From: Bdellovibrionales bacterium RIFOXYD12_FULL_39_22
Lineage (GTDB): Bacteria; Bdellovibrionota; Bacteriovoracia; Bacteriovoracales; Bacteriovoracaceae
NCBI GenBank assembly: GCA_001770205.1
Contig: MEQL01000040.1
Coordinates: forward strand, 1 to 64,000
Reading direction: 5' to 3'
Length of the DNA: 64,000 nt
Made by a program: the position numbers and the translations under genes. The notes under the pieces were generated by a model. It saw only the letters and a list, made by a program, of their open reading frames with translations, was not told where the DNA came from and did not search any database. Positions 19,453 through 30,542 of the stretch are shown here, piece by piece; position 1 is the first letter of the stretch, and every line of letters starts with the position of its first letter.

Positions 19453-19947
19453 ATGTTTCAAATAGGAGATTATGCGGTATGTCCAGGCCATGGCGTAGGC
19501 CAGATCTGTGACATTGAAGAAAAGGATATCGCAGGAAGTAAAAGGTCTTTTTATATGTTAAAAATAATATCCAACGGTATGACGGTTATGGTTCCTACTG
19601 ATTCAGAAACTGGTATTCGTCAATTGACTTCTGCTGGTGATATTGACTCTGTCTATAATTTACTAACAGATCACGACATTAAGATCGACACCTCTACTTG
19701 GAATCGTCGTTATCGCGAATATATGAATAAAATAAAAACTGGTTCGCTCCTGGAAATCGCTGACGTTTTGCGCGCTCTTTTTCTTTTAAAAGATAAGAAG
19801 AGTTTGAGCTTTGGAGAAAAGAAAATGTTGGATCAGTGTCGGGAGTTGATTTCTTTAGAAATCTCTCTTTCTGGTGGCGAGGAAAAAAAGGCCATTGTTG
19901 CCAAGATAGACTCCTGTTTTACTACCTCAGAAAATGTGCAACAGTAA
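19453..19947 (+). CDS. carD: CarD/CdnL family RNA polymerase-binding regulator
   Basis: FQIGDYAVCPGHGVG, TWNRRYREY, LSFGEKKML. ATG 19453 follows a GGAGG RBS. Confidence 0.93.
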   Translation: MFQIGDYAVCPGHGVGQICDIEEKDIAGSKRSFYMLKIISNGMTVMVPTDSETGIRQLTSAGDIDSVYNLLTDHDIKIDTSTWNRRYREYMNKIKTGSLLEIADVLRALFLLKDKKSLSFGEKKMLDQCRELISLEISLSGGEEKKAIVAKIDSCFTTSENVQQ

Positions 19948-20060
19948 GGTGCACGCTAGATAATTTTAACATACAAATTTCGCAATCTTTATAATACAAT
20001 CATCTCTCTATATTCTTTATTCTTTTAGAAACATGTACTAGAAACATGCGGAGATGATTT

Positions 20061-21503
20061 ATGTCGATAAAACCGAGAGTTCGTTTTGCTCCCAGTCCAA
20101 CAGGTTTTTTACATATTGGAGGTGCTCGAACTGCGCTTTATAACTATCTTTTTGCAAAGGCCTATGGAGGAACTAATATATTACGGATTGAAGATACAGA
20201 TTTAGGTAGATCGACACCAGAATATGAGCAGAACGTAATTAACGAACTCAAGTGGTTGGGAATTGAATATGATGAGAGTCCAGAAAGGCCTGGCGAAGTT
20301 GGGCCATATCGCCAGTCAGATCGACTGCATATTTATAAAAAATATGCTCTAGATTTAGTAGAACAGGGTAAGGCCTTCTATTGTTTTTGTACAGATGAGG
20401 AGTTGGAGGCCAAGCGTCAATATGCTGCTGATAATAATTTGGCCCCTCACTACGACGGAACTTGTAAAAAATTCTCCAAAAAAGAAGTAGAAGAGAAATT
20501 GGCCAAAGGAGAAAAGGGGGCCATTCGTTTTTCTGTGCCCAGCAGATCTTATACCTTTAACGATTTTGTACGCGGGGAAGTAACCTTTGAGTCAGGGGTA
20601 GTCGGAGATTTTGTCATTATCCGAGCCAATGGATTGCCTATTTATAATTATGGGTGTGTTATTGATGACTGGCAGATGAAAATTACTCATGTGTTACGAG
20701 CAGAAGATCATCTTCCCAATACTGTTCGTCAATTGATGTTATACGAGGCCTTTGGAGTGACACCTCCTATTTTTGGCCATCTTTCTTTGCTTATTGGTAA
20801 TGATCGTCAAAAATTATCAAAACGCCACGGCGCAACTTCGGTTACTCAGTATCGAGAAAGTAGTTATTTGCCTGAGGCGATGAATAACTATCTTTGTCTT
20901 CTAGGGTGGTCGCATCCAAATGAGACAGATATTTTTACCAAAGAAGAAGTTACAAAACATTTTACGCTTGATCGCTTTACTAAATCGCCGGCCGTTTTTG
21001 ATCTAGAAAAATTTCGCTGGGTTAATGGCCAGCATCTGCGTGGACTAGATGGCATAACTTTGCATCAAGAGGCCTCTAAATTTATAAATAAAGATTCGCC
21101 TTACCATGCGCAAAATGAAGTATGGCAAAAAGAATTTTTAGATCTATTTAAAATAAAAGTAGATTTTTTTAATGAGTATAATGCTCATGCAACAGATATT
21201 TTTAATCCTACTCGTCAGGAAAATGAGGGACTCAAAGAAATCTATGGCTGGGAATCAACTGCCACTATTGCCAAGTTTGTAAAAGATGAAGCAGAAAAAC
21301 TAATAGGACAAGGAATTTCATTTTTAAACGCGGAACAATTTAAGAGTTGGGAAGATCATCTGAAGATTGAAAAGAAGATTAAAGGAAAATTTCTGTTTAA
21401 AGGTTTGCGCGGAGTGATTACTGGAAAGGATGAAGGCCCGGATTTACATCGATTGGCCCTACTTACGCCTTTAAAAATTATCTCCGGAAGGATTGATCTA
21501 TGA
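20061..21503 (+). CDS. gltX: glutamate--tRNA ligase
   Basis: RFAPSPTGFLHIGGARTAL, RIEDTD, KLSKRHG. Confidence 0.98.
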   Translation: MSIKPRVRFAPSPTGFLHIGGARTALYNYLFAKAYGGTNILRIEDTDLGRSTPEYEQNVINELKWLGIEYDESPERPGEVGPYRQSDRLHIYKKYALDLVEQGKAFYCFCTDEELEAKRQYAADNNLAPHYDGTCKKFSKKEVEEKLAKGEKGAIRFSVPSRSYTFNDFVRGEVTFESGVVGDFVIIRANGLPIYNYGCVIDDWQMKITHVLRAEDHLPNTVRQLMLYEAFGVTPPIFGHLSLLIGNDRQKLSKRHGATSVTQYRESSYLPEAMNNYLCLLGWSHPNETDIFTKEEVTKHFTLDRFTKSPAVFDLEKFRWVNGQHLRGLDGITLHQEASKFINKDSPYHAQNEVWQKEFLDLFKIKVDFFNEYNAHATDIFNPTRQENEGLKEIYGWESTATIAKFVKDEAEKLIGQGISFLNAEQFKSWEDHLKIEKKIKGKFLFKGLRGVITGKDEGPDLHRLALLTPLKIISGRIDL

Positions 21504-22978
21504 AAGAGGTTCGGCTCTATAATAATCTAACTAGAAACAAAGAAGTTTTTTTCCCGATTACTCCAGGGGAAGTGAAGTTTTATTCATGCGGGCCGACGAC
21601 ATATGATTATATACACATCGGCAATGGGATGGCCTTGATCGTAGGAGATTTGATTCATCGCTGCTTTAAGGCCTTAGGTTACAAGGTTACTTTTGTTCGT
21701 AATTTTACCGATGTAGATGATAAAATTATTGATAAGGCCAAACTACGAAAAATTGATCCGTTGGCGCATTCTAAAGAATTTCTGCAAGAGTGTGAGCAAG
21801 ATATTGCTTCATTGGGCCTATTGCCTGTTACTTATGCCCCGAAGGTTTCTGAAACTATTCCAGAGATTATTGCCATGATTGAGGAGTTGGTGCGTAAAAA
21901 TTTTGCCTACGAGGTTAAAGGAGAGGTTTTATTTCATGTTCCGGCCTATGCGGATTATGGCAAGCTATCCAAAAAAGATTTGGAGAGTTTACAACATGGA
22001 ATTAGAGTAGAGGTGGAGGATCATAAAAAGCATCCTTCTGATTTTGTTTTGTGGAAGCCATATAAAGATGGTGAGCCTTGGTGGGATTCTCCGTGGGGGC
22101 GAGGCCGGCCTGGTTGGCATATTGAGTGTTCGGCGATGGCCAAAAAATTTTTAGGAGAGACCATAGATATTCACCACGGTGGTGTAGATCTGATTTTCCC
22201 TCATCACGAAAATGAAATTGCGCAAAGTGAAGCGGCCAATGGAAAACCTTTTTCACACTATTGGTGTCATAATGAACATCTAAATTTTGGTAAGGAAAAA
22301 ATGTCCAAGTCCTTGGGCAATGTCATAACGGTTCGAGGGTTTGTAGAAAATTATGGTGGAGAAATTTTGCGCCAAATAATTACTTCTGCTCACTATCGTT
22401 CAAAGATTGAGTGGGGAGATGCGGCGATTGATCGTGCCATTCGTGATGTTGAGCGTATTCACAAATTTTTAATAAATTATGAACATGCTAAGAACAATAA
22501 CATAGATAAAAGTGCTCAAAGTAGTCAAAAAAAGGAAATTGAAAATATGCTGGCCTCCATGCAAGAGGAGATGGCCAACGATTTGAATGTATCTGGAGCA
22601 CTTGGAATATTTTTTACAATGATCCGCAATCTTAATAGGGATTATTTGGCAGAGAACCTTAATTACCAAAATAAGAAAAAATTAACCGTGGATTTGGTAT
22701 CGGCCATTGATCAGACAATCGCTTTTTTTAAATTGGCCACGGGCCTTATTCATGATCGTCCCGAGCAGCTTATTGAAAAAATGAATATTGCCCGAGGGAA
22801 ATTAAGTAGTAGTGATAAAAAGTTAAGCGAAGAGGAAATCGTTGCATTATTGGCCGAGCGGAAAGTGGCCAGGGGGGAGCGTAATTTTAAACGTTCCGAT
22901 GAAATTAGAGATCAACTAAAGACAGCGGGGATTACCATTAAGGATAATCCTGATGGAACAACTTCCTGGAGCTATTAG
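21500..22978 (+). CDS. cysS: cysteine--tRNA ligase
   Basis: [42 protein letters not shown]. Confidence 0.99.
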   Translation: MKEVRLYNNLTRNKEVFFPITPGEVKFYSCGPTTYDYIHIGNGMALIVGDLIHRCFKALGYKVTFVRNFTDVDDKIIDKAKLRKIDPLAHSKEFLQECEQDIASLGLLPVTYAPKVSETIPEIIAMIEELVRKNFAYEVKGEVLFHVPAYADYGKLSKKDLESLQHGIRVEVEDHKKHPSDFVLWKPYKDGEPWWDSPWGRGRPGWHIECSAMAKKFLGETIDIHHGGVDLIFPHHENEIAQSEAANGKPFSHYWCHNEHLNFGKEKMSKSLGNVITVRGFVENYGGEILRQIITSAHYRSKIEWGDAAIDRAIRDVERIHKFLINYEHAKNNNIDKSAQSSQKKEIENMLASMQEEMANDLNVSGALGIFFTMIRNLNRDYLAENLNYQNKKKLTVDLVSAIDQTIAFFKLATGLIHDRPEQLIEKMNIARGKLSSSDKKLSEEEIVALLAERKVARGERNFKRSDEIRDQLKTAGITIKDNPDGTTSWSY

Positions 22979-22979
22979 G

Positions 22980-24971
22980 TTGTCAATTTTTAAATTAAAG
23001 TCACACTTTTCTCCTCAGGGAGATCAGCCGGCGGCCATAAAAACATTAGTAGATAAATTTCAAACAGGGACAAAAAGACAGACGCTTCTTGGAGTAACGG
23101 GATCTGGTAAGACGTTTACCATGGCCAATGTCATTGCTGCCTTAGGAAAAAAAACTTTAGTTATGGCCCACAATAAAACCTTGGCCGCACAACTTTATGG
23201 AGAACTAAAAGATTTTTTTCCAGAAAATGCAGTAGAATATTTTGTCTCTTACTATGACTATTATCAACCTGAGGCCTATGTTCCACAGACGGATACCTTT
23301 ATTGAGAAAGATTCTTCAATTAACGATGATATTGATAAACTTCGTCATCGTGCGACTCGAAGTTTATTAGAGCGAGATGATGTTATCGTTGTGGCCAGTG
23401 TTAGTTGTATTTATGGTATTGGTTCTCCAGTAGAATATGAGTCTTTGAAAATTATTTTATTTTCAAACGATGAGATAGAGCGAGATGAACTTTTACGTCG
23501 ACTAATATTTATACAGTATATTCGCAATGATATTGATTTTGTGCGGGGAACTTTTAGAGTGCGTGGAGATGTGGTAGAAATTTTTCCGGCACATGAAGAT
23601 AGTAAAGTTATAAGAATAGAATTTTTTGGAGATATAATTGAAAGAATTTCGCTAGTCGATCCTTTGCGAGGAAGAAAGCTTGAAGAGCTTTCTCAAATCA
23701 TTATTTATCCAAAGTCTCATTATGTTGTTGGTAAGCAAAGGCAAGAAGCGGCCATTACCACCATTAAAGTGGAATTGCGTGAGCGGTTAATGGCGTTAAA
23801 GGCCGAGGAAAAATTATTAGAGCATGAGCGCTTAGAACAGAGAACCATGTATGACTTGGAGATGCTAGAAGAGATGGGATATTGTTCTGGCATTGAAAAT
23901 TATTCTAGGCACCTTACTGGTATGAGTCCAGGAGATCCACCACCTACTTTGATTGATTATTTTAAAAAAAATTTTCTTTTAATCGTCGATGAATCGCATA
24001 TGACACTGCCGCAGGTGGGAGGAATGTTTCGCGGGGATCGTGCTCGCAAAGAGACTTTAGTTAATTTTGGTTTTCGTCTTCCCTCGGCACTAGATAATCG
24101 CCCTTTGAAATTTGATGAATTTGAAGCGCGCCAAGACTTAGTGCTTTATGTTTCGGCCACCCCGGCCGATTATGAGCTTGCGCAAACTAGGGGGGAGTTT
24201 GTCGAACAAGTAATTCGGCCAACTGGACTATTGGATCCTCGGATTGCAATAAAGGGCGCAGATAATCAAGTTGATGATATGTTGGAAGAGAGCAAAAAGG
24301 TGATTGCGCAAGGAGAGCGTGTTTTGATTACGACTTTAACCAAAAAATTGGCCGAGGAGTTGACTAATTTTTACAAAGCGGAGGGAATGAAAGTAGAGTA
24401 TTTACACTCGGATATTTCCACCCTGGAGCGAGTTAAAATTATTCAAAGTTTGCGTGATGGAGAATGTGATATTTTAGTGGGAATTAACCTTTTACGTGAG
24501 GGAATTGATTTACCGGAAGTTTCACTAGTGGGAATTTTGGATGCAGACAAAGAAGGATTTTTACGTTCTGAGCGTGCGCTCATTCAAACAATTGGGCGGG
24601 CGGCCAGAAATGTTAATGGGAGAGTTATACTCTACTGTTATCGAGAAACAACCAGCATGCGCAAGGCGGTAGATGAAACAAATCGTAGACGTAAGATTCA
24701 AGAAGAATTTAACCAAAAAAACAATATTATACCAACCACTATCGCTAAGCGCAGTTCTCGTCTTATTATGGAAAAAGAAAATTCTGAAAATGGATCTTTC
24801 AAAAAAGGGGAGCATATTATTTCTCAGTGTAAAAGCATTGAGGATCTAGATAAAAAAATTCAAGAATTAACTGGTAAAATGAGAAAGGCAAGTAAACGAC
24901 TCAGGTTTGAAGAAGCGGCGGCCTTGCGTGATGAGATAAAATTGCTGGTTGATGCACGTCTTTTGCTTTAA
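22980..24971 (+). CDS. uvrB: excinuclease ABC subunit B
   Basis: [42 protein letters not shown]-terminal UVR domain. TTG 22980 is the likely start (ORF track 22953). Confidence 0.98.
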   Translation: MSIFKLKSHFSPQGDQPAAIKTLVDKFQTGTKRQTLLGVTGSGKTFTMANVIAALGKKTLVMAHNKTLAAQLYGELKDFFPENAVEYFVSYYDYYQPEAYVPQTDTFIEKDSSINDDIDKLRHRATRSLLERDDVIVVASVSCIYGIGSPVEYESLKIILFSNDEIERDELLRRLIFIQYIRNDIDFVRGTFRVRGDVVEIFPAHEDSKVIRIEFFGDIIERISLVDPLRGRKLEELSQIIIYPKSHYVVGKQRQEAAITTIKVELRERLMALKAEEKLLEHERLEQRTMYDLEMLEEMGYCSGIENYSRHLTGMSPGDPPPTLIDYFKKNFLLIVDESHMTLPQVGGMFRGDRARKETLVNFGFRLPSALDNRPLKFDEFEARQDLVLYVSATPADYELAQTRGEFVEQVIRPTGLLDPRIAIKGADNQVDDMLEESKKVIAQGERVLITTLTKKLAEELTNFYKAEGMKVEYLHSDISTLERVKIIQSLRDGECDILVGINLLREGIDLPEVSLVGILDADKEGFLRSERALIQTIGRAARNVNGRVILYCYRETTSMRKAVDETNRRRKIQEEFNQKNNIIPTTIAKRSSRLIMEKENSENGSFKKGEHIISQCKSIEDLDKKIQELTGKMRKASKRLRFEEAAALRDEIKLLVDARLLL

Positions 24972-24987
24972 TGATAAACTAAATTAT

Positions 24988-26475
24988 ATGCATGATTTTT
25001 TGCACTACACAATGCTGTTTATTGCTGTTGGCTCGCTCGTTATGGCCTATACTGTTATTAAAGGTAGTAGGCTTTATAAAAAATTACTAGACAAAAAATC
25101 TCAACGTTATTGGAAGATTGCCCTTTTTTTAGAGCTATTTTTTGTACTTGCTTATTGGGCCCTCTTTATCTTAATTCACGAAGAGAATAATTATTTTTTG
25201 CTGGCCGCCACCATTGCGGCAATTTGTTTTTTTGGCTCTTTTTTTGTTTTTTATGTCACCAGTATTACTACTTCTATGACGGAACGACTTTTGGAGCTCA
25301 ATTTGGCGCAGCAAGAGTTAATTGCGTTAAAGTCAAAAAAATTAGCGATTGTGCAAGAGGAGTTATCCGATAAAGATATTCATTTGCAGCAAATTTTCAA
25401 TAGCGCTCCTGACGGAATGGCGGTGATTAGTCCGGACTTTGAACTTTTGGCCGCTAATCCACGCTTTTTAGAAATGTTTGGTATCGATAGAGATGTGTTG
25501 GTCAAGGACCAATATTGCCGCGATATTTTAAAAAGCGAACATTGTGGGGGAGAACGTTGTCTTTTGGAAAGAATTAGAAAAGGGGAAGAGAAGGTTATTG
25601 TCGAAATGGAAAAAGAGAGAATGGATGGTAGTGGAAGTAAATTTTCTTGCTTGGTAACCGCGGTTCCTCTAACTAATTCAAAAGGTGAGATTTGGGGAAT
25701 GGTAGAGCACATAATGGATGTTTCGGTTTTAAAAGAAAAAGAACGAAGAGAACAGGAGATGCAACGGCAGATTTTTCACTCTAGTAAGTTGGCCTCGGTA
25801 GGGGAGCTGGCGGCCGGAATTGGCCATGAGATAAATAATCCACTTACGATAATAAAGGGCAACGTTAAATTACTGCAAAGAGAAATGCAAAAGCAAGGGG
25901 TGGGAGAAGGGCCATACTTAGGTATTTTAGATGTGATGACTCGCACGATTACTAGGATAGAGCTGATTGTGCGTGGACTAAATGCCTACGCTAATATTTC
26001 CAATCGAAAGGTTCAAAATATCTCCATCAATGAAATAATTATCAATAGTCAATCACTGATTGATTATCAATTTAAGATGGCATCTGTGCAGTTAGAATTA
26101 AAGTTGGATAATAATTTGCCAATGATTGAAGGCAATCCCAGCTACGTTCAACAATTGCTAATGAATCTTTTGAGTAACGCCAAGGATGCTTGCAGTGGAA
26201 AGGGAAAATTCAATGGTTTGGTGGTAGTATCTTCAAAATATCTAGCAGCAGAAAAAATGCTTTCTATCTCGATTACTGATAATGGAGTAGGAATTCCCGC
26301 TGATAAGTTAGATAGAATTTTTGATATGTTCTATTCCTCCAAATCAACTGGAACTGGGGTTGGAATGGGATTGGCCATGGCCCATAAATTTGTTAAAGAG
26401 TTAAATGGTAAAATAAGTGTTGCCTCAAAAGAGGGAACAGGGACAACTTTTACTGTTAGCTTTCCGATTTTTTAA
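24988..26475 (+). CDS. membrane PAS-domain sensor histidine kinase
   Basis: Three N-terminal TMs, Cys-containing PAS, H-box GIGHEINNPL, and N, G1 and G2 boxes (DNGVGI, GVGMGL). Confidence 0.93.
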   Translation: MHDFLHYTMLFIAVGSLVMAYTVIKGSRLYKKLLDKKSQRYWKIALFLELFFVLAYWALFILIHEENNYFLLAATIAAICFFGSFFVFYVTSITTSMTERLLELNLAQQELIALKSKKLAIVQEELSDKDIHLQQIFNSAPDGMAVISPDFELLAANPRFLEMFGIDRDVLVKDQYCRDILKSEHCGGERCLLERIRKGEEKVIVEMEKERMDGSGSKFSCLVTAVPLTNSKGEIWGMVEHIMDVSVLKEKERREQEMQRQIFHSSKLASVGELAAGIGHEINNPLTIIKGNVKLLQREMQKQGVGEGPYLGILDVMTRTITRIELIVRGLNAYANISNRKVQNISINEIIINSQSLIDYQFKMASVQLELKLDNNLPMIEGNPSYVQQLLMNLLSNAKDACSGKGKFNGLVVVSSKYLAAEKMLSISITDNGVGIPADKLDRIFDMFYSSKSTGTGVGMGLAMAHKFVKELNGKISVASKEGTGTTFTVSFPIF

Positions 26476-26632
26476 ATTAGGAGAAATCTATCTGATCACT
26501 TATTATATGAGCGTAGTTGTCAAAGAATTGAAAGATTTGCGTAATATTTTTATGGTTGTAAATTGGCCAATAAGGATCATAATTAGTTTATGCTTTTAAG
26601 CATAGGTTAACTTATTTTAAGGAGGTTTTTGT

Positions 26633-27394
26633 ATGAGACTTATTTTTGTTTTTTTGTCATTATTTTTTTCTTTTTCTATGTTAGCAGCAGAGTTTCCGCT
26701 AAGAGGAGAGTATCCTGATGTTAAATTTATTACTACGAACGATTTGCTGACAGAATTTGGTAAAATTTTTATTGTGGACGTGCGTAGTGCGTTTGAATAT
26801 GAAATTGTCCATATTCAGGGAGCTCCAAATATTGAGGAGTCCAAGGCCACCTTTGTTGACAAATTGGCAGAGGCGGTTGGGGGAGATAAAAGTAAAAAAA
26901 TTGCTACTTACTGTAATGGATATAAATGTAAAAAAAGCTTTGATGCGGTAAGAAAGGCCGTGGCCGGAGGTTTTACCAACGTTTTTGTCTATGATGCGGG
27001 TATTTTTGAATGGACGAAAGCACATCCTGAAAAATCATTTCTATTAGGGAAGACACCTGCTGATCTTAAACAGTTAATTTCGGATGAGATGTTTAAAAAG
27101 CATATGCTTCCCAATGCGCAGTTTGAAAAAGATGCTGCCGGGGCCAATGCTTTTTTAATTGATGCTCGTGATCCAAGTCAGCGTAAAGTTATTCCACCGT
27201 TTGCTAGTAAAGCACCTAATTTCCCTTTCGAAAAGTTACAACAACTTTTGGATAACACAGAATTTAGAGGAAAAATTGCAGGGAAAACACTTTACATTTT
27301 TGATGCGGTTGGAAAACAAGTTATGTGGCTGCAATATGTTTTAGAGGCCAAAGGGATTAAGGATTATTTTTTTCGCGAAAGTGGAGCAGAGTAA
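26633..27394 (+). CDS. periplasmic rhodanese-like domain protein (tandem domains)
   Basis: Signal peptide, IVDVRSAFEY..HIQGA, active-loop YCNGYKC, YDAGIFEW, and a second degenerate domain (LIDARD). Confidence 0.85.
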   Translation: MRLIFVFLSLFFSFSMLAAEFPLRGEYPDVKFITTNDLLTEFGKIFIVDVRSAFEYEIVHIQGAPNIEESKATFVDKLAEAVGGDKSKKIATYCNGYKCKKSFDAVRKAVAGGFTNVFVYDAGIFEWTKAHPEKSFLLGKTPADLKQLISDEMFKKHMLPNAQFEKDAAGANAFLIDARDPSQRKVIPPFASKAPNFPFEKLQQLLDNTEFRGKIAGKTLYIFDAVGKQVMWLQYVLEAKGIKDYFFRESGAE

Positions 27395-27422
27395 ATAGGC
27401 TGCCATTTAGTTGAGGTTTTAT

Positions 27423-28898
27423 ATGTCGAATCAATTGAGTTTGCGTATAAGGTTTCTCTTGGCCGTACTTGCCGCCTCTACCGTGATGCTAGCAATTTTT
27501 AGTGTAATAATTTTTACTAGTATTTCGAAGGCCCAACGGGGAGTTCTTTCCGATTTTAACGCGGTCATGGACAAGGAGAGAGAAAATCAAGAAAAGGCCT
27601 TCAAAAACATTACCAAGCAATCAATTGATTCGACATCCACTATCGTGGCAAATCTTTCCGGCCCATTGCTAGGCAGTTATGATTATGTTGGACTAGAAAA
27701 TTTGGTAAAGGCGGCAAAACAAGCAGAAGGAGTTGCCTATTTGGCCTTTCATGGCAGCGATGGTAAAAAAATTACCAAAGAAGAGGAAGTAGAGGGTGTA
27801 GATGAGGTGTTGGCCAAGAAGATTGTCTTTGATGGTGCTCCTCTGGGCGAACTGTTCGTGGGGATAGATTACAGTTTTATCAATGCTAAGGTGATGGCCA
27901 TCAAAGAGAGAATGGCCAATACCACAATGGCATTTCAAGAAGCAAGTCAGGTGCAAAATAGAAGCTTGCTTTTACAAATTTTTTTGTTTGCCCTGGTTTG
28001 CTTAGCGCTTTTAAGCTTTGTGATTTATTTTACAACAAACAAATCAGTCATAGGGCCTATTAAGAATATGTTGAGTGATCTGCAGGCCAGCGCTACGGAA
28101 GTTCGCACCGAATCTAAAGGCGTAATGACAGTTAGCAAAGAGTTATCAACGGCCTCTAATGAACAGGCCAGTGCAATTGAGCAGATTTCTGCTTCTATGG
28201 ATGAGCTATCTGGGATTGTGGAAAATAATGTTAAAATAGCACAGGAGACCCAGGGTAAATTTCTACAAGTAAAAGAGGAGTCCTTAAAAGGAAACAAGTC
28301 CATGGGGGAATTAGTTATTTCAATGCAAGAGATTATTCGCTCTACAGATGATATTGAAAAGTTGGTACAAGTTATTGGTGAAATCGCCCAGAAGACTAAA
28401 GTCATTGACGAGATTGTTTTTCAGACAAAGCTGCTATCCTTTAATGCTTCAGTAGAAGCAGAGAGGGCCGGCGAGCATGGACGAGGCTTTGCTGTGGTGG
28501 CGCAAGAGGTGGGTAATTTAGCGGCCATGAGTGGTAAATCTGCCATGGAAATTTCATCTATAGTTAAATCAAGTATCGACAATGCTCGTACTATAACCAC
28601 TAATAATAAAGAAAAAGTTCGCGCAGGTGGAGAAATGGTAAACATGGCGGCAGAAGCGTTAACAAAAATTGCTAGCATTGCCAACGATGTTTCTGCTCGG
28701 GCCAGCGAGATAGTACAGGCGTCCCTTGAACAATCTCGTGGAATTAAACAAGTAAATGTGGCCATTACGCAGTTTGAAAAACAAGTTCAAGGAAATAGCG
28801 ATCTATCATTTAAAGCGGCGCAAAGTAGTGAGTCTTTGGATCAACAATCTCAATCCTTAGAAGGAATCATCTCTAATATTTCACAAACTTTCAGGTGA
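27423..28898 (+). CDS. methyl-accepting chemotaxis protein
   Basis: Two TMs around a periplasmic domain, signalling hairpin QTKLLSFNASVEAERAGEHGRGFAVVAQEV. Confidence 0.95.
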   Translation: MSNQLSLRIRFLLAVLAASTVMLAIFSVIIFTSISKAQRGVLSDFNAVMDKERENQEKAFKNITKQSIDSTSTIVANLSGPLLGSYDYVGLENLVKAAKQAEGVAYLAFHGSDGKKITKEEEVEGVDEVLAKKIVFDGAPLGELFVGIDYSFINAKVMAIKERMANTTMAFQEASQVQNRSLLLQIFLFALVCLALLSFVIYFTTNKSVIGPIKNMLSDLQASATEVRTESKGVMTVSKELSTASNEQASAIEQISASMDELSGIVENNVKIAQETQGKFLQVKEESLKGNKSMGELVISMQEIIRSTDDIEKLVQVIGEIAQKTKVIDEIVFQTKLLSFNASVEAERAGEHGRGFAVVAQEVGNLAAMSGKSAMEISSIVKSSIDNARTITTNNKEKVRAGGEMVNMAAEALTKIASIANDVSARASEIVQASLEQSRGIKQVNVAITQFEKQVQGNSDLSFKAAQSSESLDQQSQSLEGIISNISQTFR

Positions 28899-30300
28899 GA
28901 TATCTTGTTACTAGTGATTCGATCTTGGCAGATTCGGCCAGTAGTTGACTGCTGCTTTTTCCTAATTCATCGACTAATTGTCCATTTTGGTGCGTAGATA
29001 CTTCCAAGTTAGCGCTAGCAGAATTAATTTGGTTAATAGAAGAGTATTGACTATTGGTATGATCAGAAATTTCTTTCATTAGAGCGGCAACTTCATCAAT
29101 TCCTTTGGCAATTTCGGAAAGTTTGGCATTGGTTGTGGAAACTTTTTCTGACCCGAAATTTATATTTTCAAGACTTACTCCAATTAATTCTTTTATCTGT
29201 TTTGCCGAGGTAGAGGCCTTTTGTGCCAGATCGCGAATTTCAATGGCCACAACAGCAAAGCCTTTTCCGTGATCGCCGGCCTTCGAGGCCTCAATGGCCG
29301 CATTGAGGGCCAAAATATTAGTTTGAAAAGCGATCTCGGTAACGATCTTAATAAAGCTTTCTATTTTTTTTGAAGAATCGATAATAGAGGCCATCGCCTG
29401 TTCTGTTTCTTTAGAGAGACGAGTCCCATCTTGCGCCACTGTGGAGGCGGTAAGCGCAATGTTGGCGGCAATCTGAGCGTTGGAGGCAGTCTGTTTAATA
29501 GAAGCGGTTACTTCTTCGGTGGTGGCAGAATTTTCGGTGATAAAATTTGCCTGTTCAGTAGTTCGCTGTGATAACTTTTGATTATCATCTTCTAGCTTTT
29601 TCGACAAGGCGGCCACGATTTGTGCGGAGTCGATCAATGTCTGAGATGATTTATTGAAGGAAATGGACAAGAAGACTAGAAATATAAAAATTGCCAGGAT
29701 AACGACGCCACCGCTTAGTGCTACTGTTAGCAAAAAGGATCTCGAACTGGCGCGGCCACTTTCTGCCGTGGAATCCAGTGATTTTTTATTTTCTTCAGCA
29801 GCGACGGATAATTTTTGTGAGATATACGATTTAGTGACGCCAACTTCTAATCGCCCGAGCAAACTATTTCCTCCAGTTGGCGGATAGATATCTTTGCTGG
29901 TAGAATAATCCGCTGCCAAACTTTTAGTTGATTGGGCCGCAATAATATTTTTATCATTGAAAAATTTGATAAAACTTATATCTTGATCCTTCGCCACGAT
30001 GTTAATAAGTTGCGTGAGTCCCTCAAAGTCGTAGTTATTTACTAGGGCACTGGTATTGTTTGCCAAGATGGAAACTATCGATTCAATTTTTGTATCTAAA
30101 GATTGGCCAAGTTGCTCGGCCTGCTTTTGTCCTTGCGCAACAACAATATCAGAAAAGAGGGCCAACTGTTCGTTACCAGATTTTTGAACAAAGAATGAAA
30201 GGTAAATTACTACCGCTACCATAGCAATAATGATACTTGCTGTGCCGACAATAACTTGTTTTTTTATGCTCTCTTGCAGACCAATTATATTTTTTAGCAC
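28891..30300 (-). CDS. methyl-accepting chemotaxis protein
   Basis: Two TMs, QTNILALNAAIEASKAGDHGKGFAVVAIEIRDLA. Confidence 0.95.
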   Translation of the reverse strand: MLKNIIGLQESIKKQVIVGTASIIIAMVAVVIYLSFFVQKSGNEQLALFSDIVVAQGQKQAEQLGQSLDTKIESIVSILANNTSALVNNYDFEGLTQLINIVAKDQDISFIKFFNDKNIIAAQSTKSLAADYSTSKDIYPPTGGNSLLGRLEVGVTKSYISQKLSVAAEENKKSLDSTAESGRASSRSFLLTVALSGGVVILAIFIFLVFLSISFNKSSQTLIDSAQIVAALSKKLEDDNQKLSQRTTEQANFITENSATTEEVTASIKQTASNAQIAANIALTASTVAQDGTRLSKETEQAMASIIDSSKKIESFIKIVTEIAFQTNILALNAAIEASKAGDHGKGFAVVAIEIRDLAQKASTSAKQIKELIGVSLENINFGSEKVSTTNAKLSEIAKGIDEVAALMKEISDHTNSQYSSINQINSASANLEVSTHQNGQLVDELGKSSSQLLAESAKIESLVTRYLT

Positions 30301-30542
30301 TAAAGCTCCTTGAAGATTGTGAGAGATATTTTACTACTTAAATAAAAAAAACAAAAGAAATATTGAGGAAGACATCCCCAAGTTTTTAACTCAGATGTTG
30401 GGGGATGATTTGAGTAGTTGCATTTGATTAGAAGCGATAATATACTTTCTTGTACGCAGCAATTAATAATATGGGTGTGATCGTTTGCACTACGATGTAG
30501 TATTGTAAGTAGCAACAAAAAAATATCATCAAGGAGGATATT

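Noticed and set aside
20026..20048. TAGAAACATG direct repeat before gltX
   Set aside because: Only two copies of 10 bp, probably a small local duplication with no supportable function.
30372..30407. Imperfect hairpin CATCCCCAA...TTGGGGGATG between the MCP and the binding-protein gene, considered as a riboswitch
   Set aside because: No recognisable aptamer consensus (for example c-di-GMP). An Rfam scan would be needed.
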